The translations under genes and the position numbers were made by a program. This document shows, in pieces, positions 59,351-64,000 of a DNA stretch of 64,000 bases (positions within the stretch are counted from its first letter, which is position 1; each line of letters opens with the position of its first letter). The notes under the pieces were generated by a model, which saw nothing but the letters and a program-made list of their open reading frames with translations, did not search any database and was not told where the DNA came from. Source of the stretch: Parcubacteria group bacterium (GTDB taxonomy: Bacteria > Patescibacteriota > Minisyncoccia > Moranbacterales > UBA9337); NCBI GenBank assembly GCA_041662245.1, contig JBAZSW010000004.1, positions 11,454 through 75,453 on the forward strand, in the 5' to 3' direction.

Positions 59351-60844
59351 ATGATATTGCTAAAATCTGAATTAAAAAATCTCCTCAGTGCTGTAAAGGT
59401 TCCCTTAACTCCTCCAAGGAGGGCTCTTATTGTTAAGGCTTTTGATTTTGCCGAAAAGGCTCATCAGGGACAAAAAAGAAGATCTGGGGAGGATTATTTT
59501 ATTCATTGCTTAGCTACCGCCAAAATATTGGCCGGCATTGGAATGGGCTCAAAAACTATTGCTGCTGGATTATTACATGATGTCCCCGAAGACACCCCCG
59601 TTACTTTAGCAGAAATAAAAAAAGAATTTGGCGAGGATGTCCATAATTTAGTAGAAGGAATTACTAAACTAGGAAAAATTAGGCTAAAAGAAACTAAAGA
59701 AGAATATCTTTTAGAAAATCTTCGCAAAATGTTTTTAGCGATGGCGGCTGATATTCGAGTAGTGATTATAAAATTAGCTGACCGCTTACACAACATGCGT
59801 ACATTAGAGTTTAATCCTCCAGAAAAAAGACCTAAAATTGCTAGGGAAACTATGGAAATTTATGTTCCTCTTGCTGATAGATTGGGAATCGGAGAAATTA
59901 AAGCTGAACTAGAAGACTTATCTTTTAAATTTACCGATCCGGAAAATTTTAAACTTGTTAAAAAAATACGTGATGACTATTATAAAGAGGGAGAGAAATT
60001 TAACAATCAAGCCATCCGAGAATTGGAAAAAGAAATTAAGAATCGAAAAATTAAAATAGCTAAAATTTATGGTCGCGCGAAAAATCTTCGTAGCTTGTTT
60101 CTAAAATTAAAAAAGAGAGAGATGGATATCGGGAGGATTTATGACTTGATTGCTATTCGTATTATTGTCCCGACAGTTTCAGATTGTTATGAAGCATTGG
60201 GAATAGTGCATAAAGTTTATCGACCAATGGTAGGAAGGATAAAAGATTATATTTCTCTTCCTAAACCCAATGGATACCAATCCATTCACACGACTATCTT
60301 TGGACCTGAAGGACGAATTATGGAAGTTCAAATCCGAACTCAAAAAATGCATGATGAAGCAGAATTTGGAATTGCTTCTCATTGGATTTACAACGAAAAC
60401 AAAAGGAGGGATTGGAAAAATTATTTCAGAGAAAAAGAAACCTATTCTGAAAATGAATTAGTTTGGATTAAACAATTGCGTGAATGGCAAAATGAAATAG
60501 GAAGAGATAATAAAGCCTTCTTAGAAGGATTAAAGATAGATTTTTTTAAAAATAGAATTTTTGCTATCACTCCCAAAGGTGATGTAATTGATTTACCTGA
60601 AGATGCTACTCCTATAGATTTTGCTTATGAAATTCACAGCGAAATTGGAGATGCTGTTACAGGAGCTAGAGCTGATGGAAAAATGGTTACATTAGATTAT
60701 AAAATCAAAAATGGTCAAATGATAGAAGTAATAACCACTAAAGATAAAAAAATTCCCAATAGAAAATGGCTGGAATTTGTGAAAACTTCCAATGCTAAAT
60801 CTCATATTCGCAGACAACTAAAAAGAAGCGATGAAATAATTTAA
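59351..60844 (+). CDS. rel: RelA/SpoT-family (p)ppGpp synthetase/hydrolase (HD-SYNTH-TGS, no ACT domain)
   Basis: LLHD, KLADRLHNMRTL, KPNGYQSIH, EVQIRT and TPIDFAY motifs. Confidence 0.92.
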   Translation: MILLKSELKNLLSAVKVPLTPPRRALIVKAFDFAEKAHQGQKRRSGEDYFIHCLATAKILAGIGMGSKTIAAGLLHDVPEDTPVTLAEIKKEFGEDVHNLVEGITKLGKIRLKETKEEYLLENLRKMFLAMAADIRVVIIKLADRLHNMRTLEFNPPEKRPKIARETMEIYVPLADRLGIGEIKAELEDLSFKFTDPENFKLVKKIRDDYYKEGEKFNNQAIRELEKEIKNRKIKIAKIYGRAKNLRSLFLKLKKREMDIGRIYDLIAIRIIVPTVSDCYEALGIVHKVYRPMVGRIKDYISLPKPNGYQSIHTTIFGPEGRIMEVQIRTQKMHDEAEFGIASHWIYNENKRRDWKNYFREKETYSENELVWIKQLREWQNEIGRDNKAFLEGLKIDFFKNRIFAITPKGDVIDLPEDATPIDFAYEIHSEIGDAVTGARADGKMVTLDYKIKNGQMIEVITTKDKKIPNRKWLEFVKTSNAKSHIRRQLKRSDEII

Positions 60845-60907
60845 TATTTTAAAAATACAAAATAAATAAGCATTTTAAATTATTTCTCAAATCACCTTTT
60901 CTATAAT

Positions 60908-60938
60908 AAAAAACATCTTCCCTAGAAAGATGTTTTTT
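60908..60938. terminator. Bidirectional terminator
   Basis: AAAAACATCTT-CCCTAGA-AAGATGTTTTT between convergent rel and parB. Confidence 0.7.
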
Positions 60939-61015
60939 AGATTTCATAATGCCAAACTGACAAATTAGCTAGTCTTAATATCTACCAGTTAAAAAATACA
61001 ATTATAATTCCAACA

Positions 61016-62119
61016 TTATATATCCCATAATTCCTCTGCCGTCTTTGGCTCTGACGCAACTTCTGGATCTATTGATTTTACGGATTCCACCGATTCTATC
61101 AGTTCCTCTATCGGTTCCATTGGCTCATCATTTGACTCCAAAGATTTTATTTCTTTTTCTGCTGTTTCTCTTTTCTCCACTGATAAATTATTAATGATTT
61201 TATTCAATTCATCATTGGAATAATAATCAATTATCACTCTTCCGCCATTTCCTCCCGATTTTGTCACCCTAACTTTCGTTCCCATCATCATACTAAGTCT
61301 GTCTTCTAAATCTTTTATCTCAGGATCAATATTTATTAATCTTTTGTGCGATTTTATAGAAATTTCTCTAGTTTTATTTTCCGTTTGACGAACAGTCCAA
61401 TTATTTTTTATTATTAAATCCAATAGAGCTCTTTGTTTTTCTATATTTTCAAGAGCTAAAATTGCTTTGGCGTGACCTTCACTAATAGTACCCTCTTTTA
61501 AAGCCTTGAGCGCTTCCATAGGCAACTTTAAAAGCCTAACTTTATTTGCCACCACGCTTCTACTCTTTCCCATTTTTTTAGCTACCTCTTCTTGATTCAT
61601 TTGAAATTCATCCATTAATTGTTGAAAAGACTTAGCTTCTTCGATAGGATTAAGATTGTGTCTTTGAATATTCTCTACAATGGCTAACTCTAGTTTTTGC
61701 TTATCTTTTATATCTCTTACGATAACTGGCACTTTGGTGAGCAATGCCAATTTTGACGCCTGCAACCTTCTCTCTCCTGCGATAAGTTCGTAACCATCAT
61801 CACTTTTAGTTACTACCAAAGGCTGCAATACCCCGTGCTCCTTAATTGAATCTGAAAGCTCTTTTAATTTTTCTTCGTCAAAATGAATTCTTGGTTGATA
61901 GGGATTGGCTGTAATTTTATTAATATCCACCTCTAAAACTCCTTGATTAAAATCGGAATTAGTTGCTTTTTTATCAACAGTCGTTTCTAGAGAGATACTT
62001 TCGTCCACTTTTTTACTATAAAGATCAAAAGCAGTATCCCGACTATTTTCATCCCTGTTTATTTTTTTTTGCGGAATAAGGGACGACAGTCCTCTTCCTA
62101 AACCATAATTTTGACCCAT
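61016..62119 (-). CDS. parB: Chromosome partitioning protein ParB
   Basis: GLGRGL, NPYQPR, IAGERR and ENIQR motifs. Confidence 0.95.
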   Translation of the reverse strand: MGQNYGLGRGLSSLIPQKKINRDENSRDTAFDLYSKKVDESISLETTVDKKATNSDFNQGVLEVDINKITANPYQPRIHFDEEKLKELSDSIKEHGVLQPLVVTKSDDGYELIAGERRLQASKLALLTKVPVIVRDIKDKQKLELAIVENIQRHNLNPIEEAKSFQQLMDEFQMNQEEVAKKMGKSRSVVANKVRLLKLPMEALKALKEGTISEGHAKAILALENIEKQRALLDLIIKNNWTVRQTENKTREISIKSHKRLINIDPEIKDLEDRLSMMMGTKVRVTKSGGNGGRVIIDYYSNDELNKIINNLSVEKRETAEKEIKSLESNDEPMEPIEELIESVESVKSIDPEVASEPKTAEELWDI

Positions 62120-62205
62120 AATTATCTTAAAATTAAAATTCTAAAAAATAATTTAAATTTAGATTGATAATTTATTTATTATTTATTTTTTGTTTTTTAA
62201 AAAAT

Positions 62206-62991
62206 CTAATTATTAATTCCCCTTGAGCGCTCATCCATTTCTATAATTTCTCTTGCGATACCTTTATAAGCTCTAGCCCCCTTTGAAAAAGAATCAAAAT
62301 TCAAAATTGATTTTCCAAAACTGGGAGCCTCAGCTAAGCGAACACTTCGAGGAATAACATTTTCAAAAACGTGCCCCGGGAAATGTTCTCTTACTTCTTT
62401 TACTACCTGACGGGAAAGTCGATTTCGTCTATCAAACATAGTCAACATCACTCCTTTTATTTTTAAATCTGGTTGAATATTTTCTTTTACTAAGCTTATC
62501 GTTTCCAATAATTGACTTAATCCTTCCAAAGCATAATATTCTGTTTGAACGGGAATGATTATTTCATCACTGGAAACCAAACCATTAATAGTCAAGAGTC
62601 CCAAACTAGGCGGACTATCAATGATAATGTAGTCATATTCCGCTCTAATTTGTCTTAGGGAGTTATATAATTTAAATTCACGATTTTCCATATGAATCAT
62701 CTCGATTTCTGATCCAGCCAAATCCTGAGATGATGGTAAAATATCAAAACCTAATGATTTCTTCCGTACAATAATTTCTCGCGGATGCTTACCTAAAATC
62801 ATCGCTTGATAAAGATTATTTTCTAATTCTCTAACATTTATCCCTAACCCAGATGAAGCATTTCCTTGGGGATCCAGATCAACTAAAAGAACCTTCTTAC
62901 CAGCACTTGCTAAATAAGTAGTTAAATTAACAGCTGAAGTGGTTTTACCCACTCCTCCTTTTTGGTTGACTAAAGATATTATTTTTGCCAT
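62206..62991 (-). CDS. parA: Chromosome partitioning ATPase ParA/Soj
   Basis: NQKGGVGKTT, DLDPQGN and EAPSFG motifs. Confidence 0.95.
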   Translation of the reverse strand: MAKIISLVNQKGGVGKTTSAVNLTTYLASAGKKVLLVDLDPQGNASSGLGINVRELENNLYQAMILGKHPREIIVRKKSLGFDILPSSQDLAGSEIEMIHMENREFKLYNSLRQIRAEYDYIIIDSPPSLGLLTINGLVSSDEIIIPVQTEYYALEGLSQLLETISLVKENIQPDLKIKGVMLTMFDRRNRLSRQVVKEVREHFPGHVFENVIPRSVRLAEAPSFGKSILNFDSFSKGARAYKGIAREIIEMDERSRGINN

Positions 62992-63051
62992 AATTAATTA
63001 TAGTATAGCGTTTTTTAATAACTTTGAAAAGAGGGTGTTCTCTACGAAATA

Positions 63052-63083
63052 CCTGCCCGCAGTGCTACAGCGTTGCAGGCGGG
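63052..63083 (+). mobile_element. 32-bp hairpin mini-element
   Basis: CCTGCCCGCAGTGCTACAGCGTTGCAGGCGGG; fourth copy in the window. Confidence 0.75.
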
Positions 63084-63160
63084 AAAACTTATACGAAATT
63101 ACGAATTTAGGAAAAATGAGAACATTGAATAATTGAGTATTTTTAAAATTCACAACAATT

Positions 63161-63242
63161 GCCCGGATGGCGAAATTGGTAGACGCGCACGACTCAAAAT
63201 CGTGTGGATTTATTCATGAGAGTTCGAGTCTCTCTCCGGGCA
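63161..63242 (+). tRNA. tRNA-Leu(CAA)
   Basis: GCCCGGA/TCCGGGC acceptor; CACGA-CTCAAAA-TCGTG; variable arm. Confidence 0.93.
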
Positions 63243-63447
63243 CAACATTAAAACAATAAATATAGCTTTCTAAAATCTCTCCCAAGAGAATTCGCCTCGT
63301 GAGGGTAACGAGGCTCTCTGAGCACAACACAAGAACGGTAAAATAAAAATTCAACCTTCTTTTTTCGGGTTGTTTTTTATTTTGATAAAAGTTAAAAAAA
63401 TTATTAAATTCTAAAAGGAGCTGAGGAAAATATCCCAAAGCTCCTTC

Positions 63448-63621
63448 TTATTTAGTTTTTTTTCTTTTCTTAGAAAAAGTTAATACTTGCACGAGTCTGA
63501 TGAAAATAAGAGCATTCGTCACCAACGCCGAAATAAAATATCCCAAAAAAATAATAGCAACTCCTGCCGATACAAACATCCAGTCAAAAAATTCAGGTAC
63601 ACTTCTCTTATTTTTTTTCAC
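63448..63621 (-). CDS. 57-aa membrane peptide not in the ORF track
   Basis: GTG start with AAGGAGG SD; MKKNKRSVPEFFDWMFVSAGVAIIFLGYFISALVTNALIF...; AAGGAGCT/AGCTCCTT hairpin after the stop. Confidence 0.55.
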   Translation of the reverse strand: MKKNKRSVPEFFDWMFVSAGVAIIFLGYFISALVTNALIFIRLVQVLTFSKKRKKTK

Positions 63622-63651
63622 GTTAGCATCCTCCTTTTTTAAAATAACTAA

Positions 63652-64000
63652 TTATGGATTTTTAACTTCCGTTTTATCGCCCTTATCAAGAACGGCATTC
63701 TCAATATTACAATTTTTACCACTACTATGCTTATACCACTTTGAATTATTGTAATTATATGCTACACCGTTATTGTTTCCCTCTGAAGACAGAGAAAAAT
63801 TAGCGCACAATTCAAACTCTCCTTCGGTAATATTTCCATTTTTAATTGTTTTGTTTGTAATTTTATAACTATAAGGATTGCCAGTTTCGGGATCTTTTTT
63901 ATTACTACAATAAGAATAGGAAGAATCTTTAGCTAATACATTTAAAGATTCAGGAAGAGATTTATGTTCATTGGCATAATTATCTATACAAGTAGCCAAA
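63652..64000 (-). CDS. C-terminus of a hypothetical exported/pilin-like protein (truncated by the window)
   Basis: LPESL..L..DPETGNPYSY..FELCANF..HSSGKNC. Confidence 0.6.
   Translation of the reverse strand, partial: LATCIDNYANEHKSLPESLNVLAKDSSYSYCSNKKDPETGNPYSYKITNKTIKNGNITEGEFELCANFSLSSEGNNNGVAYNYNNSKWYKHSSGKNCNIENAVLDKGDKTEVKNP

Noticed and set aside
1-64000. Diversity-generating retroelement, prophage or IS transposase
   Set aside because: No reverse transcriptase, phage structural or transposase ORF; repeat differences are not adenine-specific.

Overview
AT-rich bacterial chromosome segment. Gene content and style (short pgk, TGS-less thrS, PaaX/Cas2-like orphan, few Shine-Dalgarno sites, tRNA-Arg(GCG)) suggest a Patescibacteria/CPR genome, Parcubacteria-like; this is an inference. 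1-18.6 kb is a cell-surface glycan region with two convergent operons, one containing a neuB-neuC-neuA nonulosonic acid module. The rest is mostly housekeeping: recG, thrS, efp, rpsF-ssb-rpsR, rpoBC, pgk, dcw genes, dprA-topA, rel, parAB and four tRNAs. The most unusual part is 10.5-15.4 kb. There, self-promoted passenger genes (AAA+ ATPase, Fic, small coiled-coil ORF) are each separated by a copy of the same ~70-100 bp coding 5'-end fragment. The array is headed by a wHTH/Cas2-like gene bracketed by 36-bp dyad repeats, two further copies of which are interrupted by a 32-34 bp hairpin element that also interrupts a tRNA pseudocopy. Other highlights: a compact T-box riboswitch upstream of thrS, a dispersed GTCAT..GATC palindromic family linked to a GIY-YIG nuclease, partial duplicates beside three tRNAs, and oligomer-repeat tracts that invade recG and trmD in frame. 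All assignments come from motif reading by eye; no searches were run.
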